Notes: generated by a model from the letters alone, not told the origin. Positions 29,470 to 40,181 are shown, counted from the first letter of the stretch. The stretch: DNA of 64,000 nucleotides from an uncultured Lentisphaerales bacterium (GCA_943788985.1 CALSSJ010000015.1:95098-159097), one strand, 5' to 3'. Made by a program: numbers and translations.

Positions 29470-30104
29470 TGGGAATGTTCGTCTCCATGGCGGTCGAAGA
29501 TCCGCACCGTTACATGATGTGGGTGCTCTGCGTCATCTTCTCGATTTGCTTGCACGAGTTTGCCCATGCCATCGTGGCTAAATGGCAGGGGGATACGACG
29601 GCCGAGGATATGGGCCATCTTACCCTGAACCCGATGATTCAAATGGGGCCGATGGCGTTGATCATTCTCTGCCTAGCTGGGATTGCCTGGGGGGCAGTGC
29701 CCGTGGATCCTCGACAGATGCGCCATCGCTACAGCCATGCACTGGTGGCCTTTGCCGGTCCGGCGATGAATCTGTTGCTGTGGGTGCTGGGGGTGCTTGG
29801 CTTCGTACTGGCGATGAAGATGGCACCGGAGAACCAGACCTTGCACATGGCATTTTTTCAGCTAGCTAGTCTGAATTTGCTGCTGGCGCTATTCAATCTG
29901 ATTCCCGCGAGTCCGTTGGATGGCTGGACTGTAGCCGCCTTCTTTTTCCCTAAGCTTGAGCAGGCATCGGATGAAGTGAAGGGAGGGATTACAATCGGAC
30001 TTTTCGCACTGGCGTTTATCTCTCCCATGATTGGTTTCTTGTACAACCTGTCAGGAGACGTATCCTGGGCCGTGGGAAGCTTTCTGCTTACGCAGTTGAG
30101 TTGA
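29469..30104 (+). CDS. Site-2 protease (M50) family membrane protein
   Basis: LHEFAH, AGPAMN, FNLIPASPLDG; hydrophobic. Confidence 0.9.
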   Translation: MGMFVSMAVEDPHRYMMWVLCVIFSICLHEFAHAIVAKWQGDTTAEDMGHLTLNPMIQMGPMALIILCLAGIAWGAVPVDPRQMRHRYSHALVAFAGPAMNLLLWVLGVLGFVLAMKMAPENQTLHMAFFQLASLNLLLALFNLIPASPLDGWTVAAFFFPKLEQASDEVKGGITIGLFALAFISPMIGFLYNLSGDVSWAVGSFLLTQLS

Positions 30105-30133
30105 CTGTAACTAGAAATCTTTTTCTTGAGGTT

Positions 30134-31200
30134 ATGCGACTGAATCATCCAAACACTCTGTTGATTATCACGGATCAGCAGTTCGCGGATGCGATGAGCT
30201 GCGACATTGGCGATCGCTACTTACATACGCCTCATATGGATTCATTGGCCCGCAGCGGCATGCGCTTCACGCGCGCCTCCTCGCCGAATCCGCTCTGTGT
30301 GCCCCTGCGCAGCTCCGTGATCGCCGGGCTTTATCCGCAGTGGACAGGCGTTCAGTCCAGCGGCGGCCTGTGCCTTCCTGCGTGCGGAACACGAGAATCC
30401 CTATTTCGCCGTTGCCTCGTTCCTGAGCCCACACGAGATCTGCGAGTGTTCCCGCCGCCAGGAGCTTCCGTGCAGCCAGATCGGGGAGCCTCCGGCCATG
30501 CCGGATCGGCCGCCTCTCCCGCACAACGCTGCACCGCCGGAGAACTAAACCGACATCATGGCTCAGATGCGCACGGCCTACCAGACCCACCGTTTGTTCC
30601 CCGTCGGAGACTGCACCGAGAACGATTGGCGTCGACAGCTCTGGGGCTATTACCGTCTTATTGAGCGTGCGGATCGCTTCGTCGGGGAGCTGCTCGCTGC
30701 CCTCTAGGCGTCCGGTCAGCAAGACGATCACATAGTGGTCGTCTTCATCTGCCACCAAGGAGTCATCGCACATGGCAAATCAGGCCCGCTGGCAAACCTG
30801 GGCGTGGACCTCATGCCGAGCTTATGCGAGTTTGCCGGGATTCCGGCTCCCGTAGCTTTGCCGGGCTTGAGCATTTAGGCAGCCGCTCATGGCGAAGAAT
30901 CCGCTGGAAACCGCGAGTACGTCGTTTCCCAGAATCAAATGGTTCAGTGCGAGCCCGTAGACGGCAAACGGTTCATGCCCCACAGGCGCATGGTCCGTAG
31001 CGACTGCGACAAATACAGCCTCTACAGCGAAGGCATCCGGCCCGAGTCATTGGTCGATATGGAACAGGACCCCGGTGAGATGTACAACCAAGCAGGCAAT
31101 TCAAAGCTAGCGCCCGTGCTCACCTAGCACAGAGAATACCTCAGCGAGTTCGCGCAACAGCATGGCGACGATCAGGCGCTAAGCATGCTGAACTACCAAG
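30134..31200 (+). pseudogene. Sulfatase, multiply frameshifted and deleted
   Basis: PNTLLIITDQQ, TPHMDSLA, PLCVPLRSS; later fragments YYRLIERADRFVGELLAAL* and LVDMEQDPGEMYN. Confidence 0.85.
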
Positions 31201-31203
31201 CTG

Positions 31204-31231
31204 GCGTTTTTCCGCGCACGCGGAAAAACGC
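31204..31231. repeat. Perfect 13-bp-arm hairpin
   Basis: GCGTTTTTCCGCG-CA-CGCGGAAAAACGC. Confidence 0.8.
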
Positions 31232-31659
31232 GCCCCCAGCGCTTGGCGCGCTTGCCGATAGAGCCTTTGACATGGTTGCCGCTCGGTTCTCACTTAAGCT
31301 GCAAACAGCTTGCTGGCTCGTTGCGCTCGGCCAAGAAACGCTAGGCAAAATGGGTGCTTACCAGAGCCGTTCCAGGCTTTCCAGCGAGCGACTGACGGAG
31401 GGCCCGTTGTGTTGCTTGGGACGTGCTGAGGGGAACTCTTTGACTTCGAGCAAGTTCGTGAAATTACTGCCCGCTGCGAACGTGGTTGAATGATCCGTCA
31501 GCGAACTGAGGCCTGCCTGCTCGCAGGCGTGCGTTCTTCCAGTACTATATGGGACGGACAGCAGCAATCGTACCCCGGTCTCCGTAGAATAAGGCGCAGA
31601 ATCGGGCGAGGGCGATTGCGCTGCTCCCTCGATGGTTTCTTCGAATACCGGTAATATTT

Positions 31660-33687
31660 ATGCACATTCCGACCATAAATATCAGCATACGCTGGAAGTT
31701 GATCGGCGCGTTTTTTATCTCCGCGTTATGCCCATCTGTGCTGCTTCTGTGTGGAGTGCCGATCGCTCAGACGATCTTTGGCTCTCTACTCTGTGCGGCG
31801 GCTCTGGCGTGGTACTCCAGCGTGCGGATCCTGCGCACATTTAGTCGTGTGCAAGAGCGCCTTCCGTACCTCCGGCCGGAGGAAGCGCAGTTTCATCGGG
31901 ACGAGTTGCTGGCGTTCGAGCAGCGGTTCTCCCATCTGGTAACCGCGGTAGAGCAGCTTGAGGGTAAGAATATCACGGATCAGATCGAGCCGGAGACGAT
32001 CGTCCGTCGCACTGAGTGGCGGAGTGAGCTTGCGACCGGTAGCCCGGTGTGCGGGGAGGCGGTCCCCTTCCCGCGTGGCGACGGCAGCCATGAGTTGGCC
32101 CAAGTTACCGGCGAGGAGGCCGCACACCAGTTCGCGAGTTCGATCGCTTCCGTCAAACGTGAGCTCGATACAATCATGGCGCAAGCTGGTAATCATCCCG
32201 CTGTGGGTATTGGCATCCTCGAGTTTCAGCAGCTTCTGCTTCAGGATGAGTCGTTGATCGCTGAGGTGGAATCACACATCAAGCTTGGAGCGGCACTGGG
32301 AGAGGCGGTGGATCTCGCCTTTACGGCATTGCGGAATCGCTTTGAGGAGATGCCTAATGCCTACTTTCGGGCGCGGAGCGTGGATTGCGAAGACTTGCGG
32401 CATCGGATGCAGTCGACCTTGCGCGGTCAGTTAGATGAAGCGTTGGTGGCGGAGCGGGTGGCTGGCAAAATCGTAATCTGCGAGCAACTGATGCCGTCCG
32501 AAGTCCTGTTGCTTGTAAAGTGCGGGGCAGTTGGCGTGGTCGCGGAGATCGGCACGCGCTGTTCGCACACGGAAATTCTGTTGAGCGCTCTGGATTTTCC
32601 GTCGCTGAGCCGTTTTCGTGAATTGGACGTGCGCCAGATCGATGGCGTCCAGGTGCTGCTAGATTGCCAGAATGCGCGGCTGGTGGGGCTACCGGATGCG
32701 GCCGAGGCGGTAGCGGCAAAAAACCGCGAGGAAACGGTGAATATCCCGGTGATTCGCGAGCCGGTGACGCTGAAGAGTGGGACGGATGTGGTGGTGGCAG
32801 TCACGATCAATAACATCCACACCGAAGTGGATCAGGCCGTGAAAATGGGTGCCGATGCGGTCGGGCTGTTTCGGTCTGAGGTGGAGTTTATCGCTCGCAA
32901 GGACTGGCCCACAGAGCAGGAGCTTACGGAGCAATATAGCCATCTAGTGCAGTCTTTTGCTGAGCGGCCGGTGGTGATGCGCATGTTAGATTTGGGCGGC
33001 GACAAGCTCCCCGGTGGACTGGTCGCGGTGCGACACGAGGACAACCCGTGCATGGGCGAACGTTCGATGCGTCTGCTGCTGGCAAATCCAGACTTATTTC
33101 GGCGGCAGACGCGGGCGATGCTGCGCGCCGCGAATGAGCATACGTCGATTATCTTTCCGATGGTCAGTGGGTGGTACGAGCTAGAGAAGATCCGAGCACT
33201 GGTCGAGAGCTATACGGGCGAGTTGAAGGCCGAGGGGGCTACGCTGGCACCCGTTCGGTTCGGTTTGATGATTGAGGTGCCCAGCGTCGTCGAGCGGTTT
33301 GCTGATTACGTGGAGCACTTCGACACTTTCAATCTTGGGACGAACGACCTCACCCAGTACGCGCTGGCAGTCGACCGCAATAACGATGCGGTCGCAGACT
33401 ACTATGCCTGTCATCACCCGTCGCTGCTCAGCATGATCCAGCGTGTCTGCCTGATCGCGGCAGAACATGGCAAGGAAGTGAACGCCTGCGGTGAAATGGC
33501 GCGCGATCCCCGCACGCTTCCCGTGCTGGTAGGGCTGGGGATTCGTCGCTTCAGCGTGCCACTCCGGGACATCGGCCGCGTAAAGCTGGCGCTAAGCGAG
33601 CTCGACCTGCCCGTCTGTGAGGCCTTGGCTGAGCGGGCTCTGGCCTGTCGCTCTACTCCCGAAGTCGAAGGCGTGCTGGGCTGGTAG
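31660..33687 (+). CDS. PEP-protein phosphotransferase (PTS Enzyme I-like) with N-terminal membrane anchor
   Basis: CSHTEIL phospho-His motif, GLFRSE, RMLDLGGDK, MIEVP, GTNDLTQY, CGEMA; two hydrophobic N-terminal segments. Confidence 0.88.
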   Translation: MHIPTINISIRWKLIGAFFISALCPSVLLLCGVPIAQTIFGSLLCAAALAWYSSVRILRTFSRVQERLPYLRPEEAQFHRDELLAFEQRFSHLVTAVEQLEGKNITDQIEPETIVRRTEWRSELATGSPVCGEAVPFPRGDGSHELAQVTGEEAAHQFASSIASVKRELDTIMAQAGNHPAVGIGILEFQQLLLQDESLIAEVESHIKLGAALGEAVDLAFTALRNRFEEMPNAYFRARSVDCEDLRHRMQSTLRGQLDEALVAERVAGKIVICEQLMPSEVLLLVKCGAVGVVAEIGTRCSHTEILLSALDFPSLSRFRELDVRQIDGVQVLLDCQNARLVGLPDAAEAVAAKNREETVNIPVIREPVTLKSGTDVVVAVTINNIHTEVDQAVKMGADAVGLFRSEVEFIARKDWPTEQELTEQYSHLVQSFAERPVVMRMLDLGGDKLPGGLVAVRHEDNPCMGERSMRLLLANPDLFRRQTRAMLRAANEHTSIIFPMVSGWYELEKIRALVESYTGELKAEGATLAPVRFGLMIEVPSVVERFADYVEHFDTFNLGTNDLTQYALAVDRNNDAVADYYACHHPSLLSMIQRVCLIAAEHGKEVNACGEMARDPRTLPVLVGLGIRRFSVPLRDIGRVKLALSELDLPVCEALAERALACRSTPEVEGVLGW

Positions 33688-33699
33688 GCAGTTGGCCGG

Positions 33700-34398
33700 T
33701 TAGCGTAGCTCGCGCCAGGCTTGGCCGTCATACTTTTGGGCGGCCAGCTTCGCAGCCGCTTCGTGTAATCCAGCGGGCGTTGCGAACTCCGCAAACCGCG
33801 CGTCGAACGCGAGGACAAAGGCGTCCATCAGTGCCTGTATCAGGCGCTCCCGCGAGTCGCTGCCGAGCACTAGCTGGATGCTGCCTTGCTGGAGAATTCC
33901 CTGCTTTGTGCGGCGTTGTGCGGCACCTGCTACCTTGCTGCCGTCCTCGCGCAGGACATCTGCCTGGGCCGGGCTGCGAAAGCATGACATCGCCGTCCGA
34001 GGCACACCTTCCTCCGGTTGATCTTCGGCGGCCAGGCTGGTGGTGAGCCCCAGCATCTGCAGTGCACGCGCGATTGCCTCGTGAATCAGGCGATAGCTCT
34101 CGAAGCGATTCACCGCGGCTAAGGGGTGAGCGGTGGGGAGAATTAGCCCGTAGGTAAGATCTTGGCCGTGGTATACATGCCCGCCACCGGTTGGGCGGCG
34201 CATGGTGGGCAGGTGCGTCGGTGCCAGCGCAATTGACTGGTAGTAACCGATCGTGACGGCTGGTGCGTCCCAGTCATAGAAGCGCAGCACGGGAGTGGTG
34301 GGGTGGGTCTGCAAGAGCGCTTCGTCGTAGGCCATGTTCAGCGCGGGCCCGTGCTTGCCATGATCCCAGACTTGCCAGGCGGCTGCAGAGTCAGCCAC
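33700..34398 (-). CDS. Lipoate-protein ligase A / LipM family
   Basis: NMAYDEALL, LRFYDW, RRPTGGG, KVAGAAQRR, LQQGSI. Confidence 0.88.
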   Translation of the reverse strand: MADSAAAWQVWDHGKHGPALNMAYDEALLQTHPTTPVLRFYDWDAPAVTIGYYQSIALAPTHLPTMRRPTGGGHVYHGQDLTYGLILPTAHPLAAVNRFESYRLIHEAIARALQMLGLTTSLAAEDQPEEGVPRTAMSCFRSPAQADVLREDGSKVAGAAQRRTKQGILQQGSIQLVLGSDSRERLIQALMDAFVLAFDARFAEFATPAGLHEAAAKLAAQKYDGQAWRELR

Positions 34399-34735
34399 TG
34401 TGGTCCCGCGCAGGCAGGTTTACGCACTGCGAGACACGGCGTTTGAGCAACTCGATGAGCTTCGGGTCCATGCGATCGTAGTCATCCGCGATCCCAAGTA
34501 CGGTCAGGCGGCGGTCGCGCAGGAGCGCTTGGAAGCGATTTGTCACCACCCGGCGGTGCCCGGGCCCCCTGACGAGGATCTCATTGGCCCAATCGATTAG
34601 ACCGCCGCTAAGGGGCGTTTCCGAGTCTGCGTGAGTGCCAGCACCAATGGCGTCGACTCCCGGGTAGTCTGAGAACACCTGCTCGGCCGTCGGGCTGCGT
34701 AGCAGGTTGCGTGGGCATACAAACAAGAGCTTCAT
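34391..34735 (-). CDS. Low-molecular-weight phosphotyrosine phosphatase-like protein
   Basis: LFVCPRNLLRSPTAE P-loop, LGIADDY. Confidence 0.85.
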   Translation of the reverse strand: MKLLFVCPRNLLRSPTAEQVFSDYPGVDAIGAGTHADSETPLSGGLIDWANEILVRGPGHRRVVTNRFQALLRDRRLTVLGIADDYDRMDPKLIELLKRRVSQCVNLPARDHSG

Positions 34736-34760
34736 CTGGTCCTTTTGGCGATGGTAGCGT

Positions 34761-34844
34761 TGGTGCCCGGGGCGGGATTCGAACCCGCACTCCTTTCGAA
34801 AGTTGATTTTAAGTCAACTGCGTCTGCCATTCCGCCACCCGGGC
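34761..34844 (-). tRNA. tRNA-Leu (anticodon TAA), CCA encoded
   Basis: GCCCGGGTGGCGGAATGGCAGACGCAGTTGACTTAAAATCAAC...GGTTCGAATCCCGCCCCGGGCACCA; long variable arm. Confidence 0.96.
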
Positions 34845-35022
34845 ATCGGTTCGCACTGGTCTGATCGCGACAGTGCGCCAACTGTAACACCATAGCCTTG
34901 CCCGGCCTTTTGAGTAACGTGAGAGTATGAAAAGTTCTTTCCGCGCCTCGGTTGCCGGAGCTGGGCGGGGAAATACATCCGGACTCGGGAACCTTTGACG
35001 CAAGCAAACGGGAAGGTAAGGA

Positions 35023-35434
35023 GATGGCAAAGGCATTTCAAGTCAGCAAGTTTACCGACGGGATTGAGGAGCGGAATAAGTGGCGAGGCCAGTCGCTCGG
35101 TCGTGAGTTCGACCTCGCAGGCGCAGAGTTAGCCGGGGCCGAACTGAACGAGGCCAATCTGCACTGAGTTAATCTGAGCGGAGCGCACCTCCAGAGCGTT
35201 TCGCTGAAGTTCGCAAATCTGCGCGAGGCCAATCTGACGGGTGCGGATCTCAGCTAGGCTGACTTGTCGGGCGCAAACCTTACGGGGGCAAAGCTACATC
35301 AGACAAAGATGCCGCAAGTTCATTTGAAGTGCTGCGTCGTCAAGGACGCCGATCTGACCTGGGCAGTCCTGACAAAAGCCTTCCTCTTTCAGGCCGACCT
35401 TAATGACGTGGTCTATCGGAAGCGGGCCCGTTGA
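35023..35434 (+). pseudogene. Pentapeptide-repeat protein with two in-frame stops
   Basis: DLAGAELAGAELNEANLH*VNLSGAHL...ANLTGADLS*ADLSGANLTGAKL. Confidence 0.85.
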
Positions 35435-35816
35435 ACCCGGTTTGTGCGGCTGGGCCTCCTGTTGAGATTGCCGACAGGGCTTGCGAGACGCTGGCTGGTG
35501 TAGGCTCGCACAGCACTCTCTGGTGTGAGCTCAGCAGGGCCGCAAGGGCTTGCGATTTTTCTTGGCCGGGCTAGGGTTGAGGGTCCTGCGCTACGCAGGG
35601 CGCTAGTTCGATTGGCCATCGTTTCGATAGAGGCCGTAGCCGTAATTACTCTTAGTTTTTGTTAGTCGTCGTCGGGACGCGCCGGGCATTAGTTCGCCGT
35701 CCGTTGCTCCCGGGCCCCGTCATTTGAGAAACTTTCCGGTTGCGCCTGCACTCTTCGCGAATGTGCTGAATTGGGCTAGGTAGTACTAGTTTCTAATTAG
35801 CCTACGGAGTAGGACT

Positions 35817-38243
35817 ATGCTTGATGGCCGTGCCCTCATTGACGCCGGAGCGACAATTGTCCTCTGCGTAGACGAGTATCCGTTTCCTGCGAAGAATAAC
35901 CATTTTTGCGTCATGTACCCGTTGATGACTCTCGACGGGAAGCGGCTTGACCCGACTCCTCAGTCATTCCCAAACCGTTCCCGGACTTGGTGGATGGTGC
36001 GCGATGATCACGTAGAAAATATCGAGCCGGGGAGCATCTGGGTCGCACAGCTTCAGGAAGCAAAAGGCTGGGCTCCGACCGATCCCAAGTCTGATCAGTA
36101 CGAAGTGCGCTGGGATACCGTACGTCCGGACCATAATGTCATCGAGATTATGGACTTCGAAAGTGCCGAGCCAGATCTGAGTTTCGTCTATGAGGAACGC
36201 GCGCTGAATTGGTCCCGTTCTCCGGCGAACCGGGTGTTTCTGCGGGGCCAGGATTCTGTCGTTGGCCCTTTTCGTAGCGAGTGGGACTCACAGGCTAGGC
36301 AGGTGCGGCTATCGATTCGCTCCGGTGCTTCTCAGGCGCTGCGTATTCCGCGTCCGCTGTTCGATGAGTTGGCACCCTCGCACACCTTCATGCACACCGT
36401 AAATACCTACGATAAGAGCCGCCGGAACGAGAACCACGAGATTACTCTGGTGGCGCGGAGTGAGCTCGACATGGGCCTGCTGCGCCAACACGCGACTGAG
36501 GTCGATTGCCGGACTGACCAGGATATCGTGCGCACTGCAGTGCGGCAGGCCAGTTTCTCTCGGAGCGAACGCTCGGAGATGAAATCGCTGTTGAACAAGC
36601 TGGAAAAGGCAAATCTGCAGGACGACATCAGCGAGCGCCTGCGCCGCATCAACATGAACGTGATTTCGGCTAGCGACCGCGCGGAGCAGATCTCTGCCCA
36701 GCTCGGCGAGGCCCCCGAGTTCAAAGAGCTGATTCAGGCACACATTGATGCCACCACCGCAGACCGAGTGCGCGACGAAGTGGCCCGGCGCGAGACGACC
36801 ATCCAGGAGGAACTCGCCTCGCTGGATGCCACCCGCGGCAAGGTGAAGCGCGATATCGAGAGCCTGCGCAAGCAATACGAAACGAAGCTCCAGCAGCAGG
36901 AGCGCGACATCAAGCAGGCGCAAGAGAAGCAGAAGCACTCGCTTGATGAGCGTCAGAAGACGCTCGAACTGCGCGAGCAGGAAGTCGTGCAGAAGGAATC
37001 AGAGTTCATCGATCGCCTCGAACGCATGACCAATGAGTATCGTAACCAGGCATCTCGAATCGGTGACGAAGTCTTGCTCCAGTTTCCCATCATCGAGCGC
37101 CTGTTGCAGGGCCGCAGCGCGTCGTCAGCGCCCGCTGATGACGACGCCCTAGTCCCGGATTGGGCTGTGAAGCCACAGACGCGGAAGAGATCTCGCAGCA
37201 AGATCAGCGAGCGAGATTTTATCGACCAGCTTGCGGAAGTCAGCCGAGAACGCGGTTTTATCTTCGATCGCGAAGATCTGGTCAACTACCATGTTTCGCT
37301 GAAGAGCTCAGCGATGACCGTGTTGACCGGCGGCCCGGGAACTGGCAAGAGCAGCCTGCCGCGGCTCTACGCCGAAGCCATGAGTAGCCGTGAGCAGTTC
37401 CTGCAGGTGCCTGTTCGGCCAGATTGGCTGGATGACCGCGACCTGCTCGGCGCGTACAACCCGCTCTCACGGCGCTTTGAGCCCAGCTCTTCCGGGGTTG
37501 TGGACCGCCTGGTGACTGCGGGAATGGACTACGAAAACGGCCGCGACGGCCTGTACATGTTGGCATTTGATGAGATGAATCTGGCCCGTGTCGAGCACTA
37601 TTTCTCGCAGTTCCTGAGCATTCTCGACAATCCCCCCAGCCAGCGATCTGTGACGCTGTTTCCCGCGGGCATCACCTCCAGCAGCGATCCCTACTCCGCG
37701 CACCGTGAGCTGATAGTTTCGCCGAATGTACGGTTTGTTGGCACCGTGAACTTGGACGAGACGACTCATTTCTTCACGCCGAAAGTCCTTGATCGCGTGC
37801 AGATTGTGCGCCTGCGCTCCCCGGACGTTTCGCAGGTTCAGGACGGTACAGACGCGGTAGATATCGCCGGTCTCGAGCCTGTTTCGTACGGAACTTGGGA
37901 GTCGTGGATTAAGCCAGTTCCTGCGAACTCCGCCGCGCGCGGCCTGCTTGTGCGTCTAGATGGTGTGTTGCGTAAAGAAGGCATCCCGCTAAACGGGCGT
38001 AAATTCCAGCAGATTCTCCGCTACATCGCCTGCGCGGATGGCTTTCTCTCTGAGTACACGGCGCTGGATATGCAGGTGCGCCAACGCGTCCTGCCGGGAT
38101 TGGAGCGGAATTCCAGTACCTTTGACGCAACGGTCCAGGAACTGGAGGCAATCCTCCCATCGGACAAGTTGCCGCGCAGCCACGCCTTGCTTCGGCGCAT
38201 CGCCGATTCGCACGCTGAATATGGCTACTTTCAGTATTTGTGA
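35817..38243 (+). CDS. McrB-like AAA+ GTPase (NxD type) with large N-terminal region and coiled coil
   Basis: GGPGTGKS, VPVRPDW, FDEMNLARVEHYFSQFLS, GTVNLDETT, KVLDR; Q/E/K/R-rich heptad stretch about 36780-37060. Confidence 0.85.
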   Translation: MLDGRALIDAGATIVLCVDEYPFPAKNNHFCVMYPLMTLDGKRLDPTPQSFPNRSRTWWMVRDDHVENIEPGSIWVAQLQEAKGWAPTDPKSDQYEVRWDTVRPDHNVIEIMDFESAEPDLSFVYEERALNWSRSPANRVFLRGQDSVVGPFRSEWDSQARQVRLSIRSGASQALRIPRPLFDELAPSHTFMHTVNTYDKSRRNENHEITLVARSELDMGLLRQHATEVDCRTDQDIVRTAVRQASFSRSERSEMKSLLNKLEKANLQDDISERLRRINMNVISASDRAEQISAQLGEAPEFKELIQAHIDATTADRVRDEVARRETTIQEELASLDATRGKVKRDIESLRKQYETKLQQQERDIKQAQEKQKHSLDERQKTLELREQEVVQKESEFIDRLERMTNEYRNQASRIGDEVLLQFPIIERLLQGRSASSAPADDDALVPDWAVKPQTRKRSRSKISERDFIDQLAEVSRERGFIFDREDLVNYHVSLKSSAMTVLTGGPGTGKSSLPRLYAEAMSSREQFLQVPVRPDWLDDRDLLGAYNPLSRRFEPSSSGVVDRLVTAGMDYENGRDGLYMLAFDEMNLARVEHYFSQFLSILDNPPSQRSVTLFPAGITSSSDPYSAHRELIVSPNVRFVGTVNLDETTHFFTPKVLDRVQIVRLRSPDVSQVQDGTDAVDIAGLEPVSYGTWESWIKPVPANSAARGLLVRLDGVLRKEGIPLNGRKFQQILRYIACADGFLSEYTALDMQVRQRVLPGLERNSSTFDATVQELEAILPSDKLPRSHALLRRIADSHAEYGYFQYL

Positions 38244-38284
38244 TATCTTCGGCGACCTTTCGGTCCAAGGCAGATCTTTAGTCT

Positions 38285-39430
38285 ATGACACCATCCACTT
38301 CTGAGCCGGTTGTTGAAGCCGTCGAGCTGAGCAAAGTCTTTCTTGATTTCTGGCGTCGCCCGAAGGCGGTCGCAGTCAGCAAGATCGACTTTTCCCTGCA
38401 TCAAGGGCAAGTCCTTGGTTTTTTGGGACCGAATGGCTCCGGGAAGTCCACGACCATCAAGATGATGCTGGGCCTGTTGCGGCCTACCGGCGGTAGCTTG
38501 CGGGTGTTGGGCGAGAGTCCGCGAAACGTCCCGGTAAAACGCCGAATCGGTTATCTGCCGGAGGAGACGCACCTATACAAATACCTAACAGCGCGGGAGA
38601 CCTTGGATTTCATGGGTTCTCTGTTCAAGCTGCCCAAGAGGGAGCGTGCGAAGCGCATTGATCAACTGTTGGAGATGGTCGGTCTTGAGCAGTCGGCAGA
38701 TCGAATCGTGGGTGAGTTTTCGAAAGGGATGGCTCGCCGCGTTGGGCTCGCCCAGGCGCTGATTAATGATCCCGATCTGGTCATTCTGGATGAGCCAACA
38801 TCCGGGCTTGATCCGCTCGGTTGCCAGGAAGTGCGTGAAATCATCAAAGCGCTGAAGAAGAAGGGCACCACCGTGGTGCTTTGCAGCCATCTTCTCAGCG
38901 ACGTTGAAGACGTCTGCGATGACGTCATGATCATGTACGGCGGCAAGATCCGCGCTTCTGGTTCGCTGGATGTTTTGCTGGCGGATCAGACCCACACGCA
39001 GATCGTGACCGAAGCGCTGGGCGAAAGCGCTTTGCAGCAGATCCGGGAAACACTCGATCGCCTCGGCGCCAAGAGTGTCGCCGTGAGCGCCCCGAACAAG
39101 GGGCTTACCGAGTTTTTCCTCGATGTCATGAATCAGGCTCGCCAAGATCAATTGGCCACTGCGGGATCCGCAACTGGAAAGGGCGTCGCGGACTATTTGA
39201 CAGATGAGCAAGGGGCGGATGAGGACGTTCTTGAGAAGCTGCTCCAAGATGACCAGTTGCCCGTTCCGGACGTCGCAGCCAATACCGCGCCGGAGCCAGA
39301 AACCACTGCGCCTGACTTGGCCCAACTCGAAGCCCTCTCGCCAGAACAGCTTCCGAGCGAGAAAGCTGCCCCGAGCGTCGATCGTCACGTAGAGTCTGAT
39401 CGAATTCGGTCCCTGCTCGATGATGACTGA
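38285..39430 (+). CDS. ABC transporter ATP-binding protein with acidic C-terminal extension
   Basis: GPNGSGKST, FSKGMARR, ILDEPTSGLD, SH. Confidence 0.92.
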   Translation: MTPSTSEPVVEAVELSKVFLDFWRRPKAVAVSKIDFSLHQGQVLGFLGPNGSGKSTTIKMMLGLLRPTGGSLRVLGESPRNVPVKRRIGYLPEETHLYKYLTARETLDFMGSLFKLPKRERAKRIDQLLEMVGLEQSADRIVGEFSKGMARRVGLAQALINDPDLVILDEPTSGLDPLGCQEVREIIKALKKKGTTVVLCSHLLSDVEDVCDDVMIMYGGKIRASGSLDVLLADQTHTQIVTEALGESALQQIRETLDRLGAKSVAVSAPNKGLTEFFLDVMNQARQDQLATAGSATGKGVADYLTDEQGADEDVLEKLLQDDQLPVPDVAANTAPEPETTAPDLAQLEALSPEQLPSEKAAPSVDRHVESDRIRSLLDDD

Positions 39431-39494
39431 CTGTAGCGAGCGCAACTCGCGCCCGCATTATAAATGGCTCAATAACCCCGAATAGGTACCCGTT

Positions 39495-40181
39495 ATGGCA
39501 ACCAAACTTACCTGGCTGGGGCATGGGACCTGGCTGATGCAGATCGGCGCGCACACTGTGCTGTTGGATCCCTTTCTCAATGACAACCCAAGCTCGCCGC
39601 TCAAAGCTGCGGATGTCTCTCCGGACTTCATCCTGATTTCACACGGCCACTTCGACCACATCGCCGACGCTGCGGAGATCGCAAACCGGTCTGGTGCCAC
39701 GGTGATCGCCAACTATGAAGTTGCCCAGTGGCTGGCGACAAAACATGGCGTCCAGAACACCATTGGCATGAACCTGGGGGGCGGCATTCAGCAGCCTTTC
39801 GGGCACGTGAAGATGACCCTTGCCTTCCACAGCTCGCAGCTTCCCGACGGCTCATATGGCGGCGGGGCAGGCGGGTTCCTGCTCACCTTGGATGATGGAA
39901 CTGTCTACTTTGCCTGTGACACTGCGCTATTCTCTGACATGGCGCTCATCGGCGCTGCTGGCATTGATCTGGCGGTGCTTCCGATCGGCGACCTGTTCAC
40001 CATGGGACCGGAAGATGCCTTGGCGGCCGTAGGAATGCTCAAGCCCAAGCGCGTCGCCCCTGCGCATTACAACACCTGGCCACCAATCGCGCAGGATGCC
40101 TCAGCGTGGGCGAGAGACGTGCAGGAACACACCAGCGCCTGGCCGATGGTGCTTCAGCCCGGGGAAGAAATCGAGCTCTGA
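39495..40181 (+). CDS. Metallo-beta-lactamase-fold hydrolase (UPF0173)
   Basis: WLGHG, SHGHFDH, LPIGDLFTMGPEDA, HYNTWP. Confidence 0.9.
   Translation: MATKLTWLGHGTWLMQIGAHTVLLDPFLNDNPSSPLKAADVSPDFILISHGHFDHIADAAEIANRSGATVIANYEVAQWLATKHGVQNTIGMNLGGGIQQPFGHVKMTLAFHSSQLPDGSYGGGAGGFLLTLDDGTVYFACDTALFSDMALIGAAGIDLAVLPIGDLFTMGPEDALAAVGMLKPKRVAPAHYNTWPPIAQDASAWARDVQEHTSAWPMVLQPGEEIEL

Noticed and set aside
34391..34844. tRNA-Leu as an island integration site
   Set aside because: No integrase and no duplicated tRNA 3' end seen in the window.
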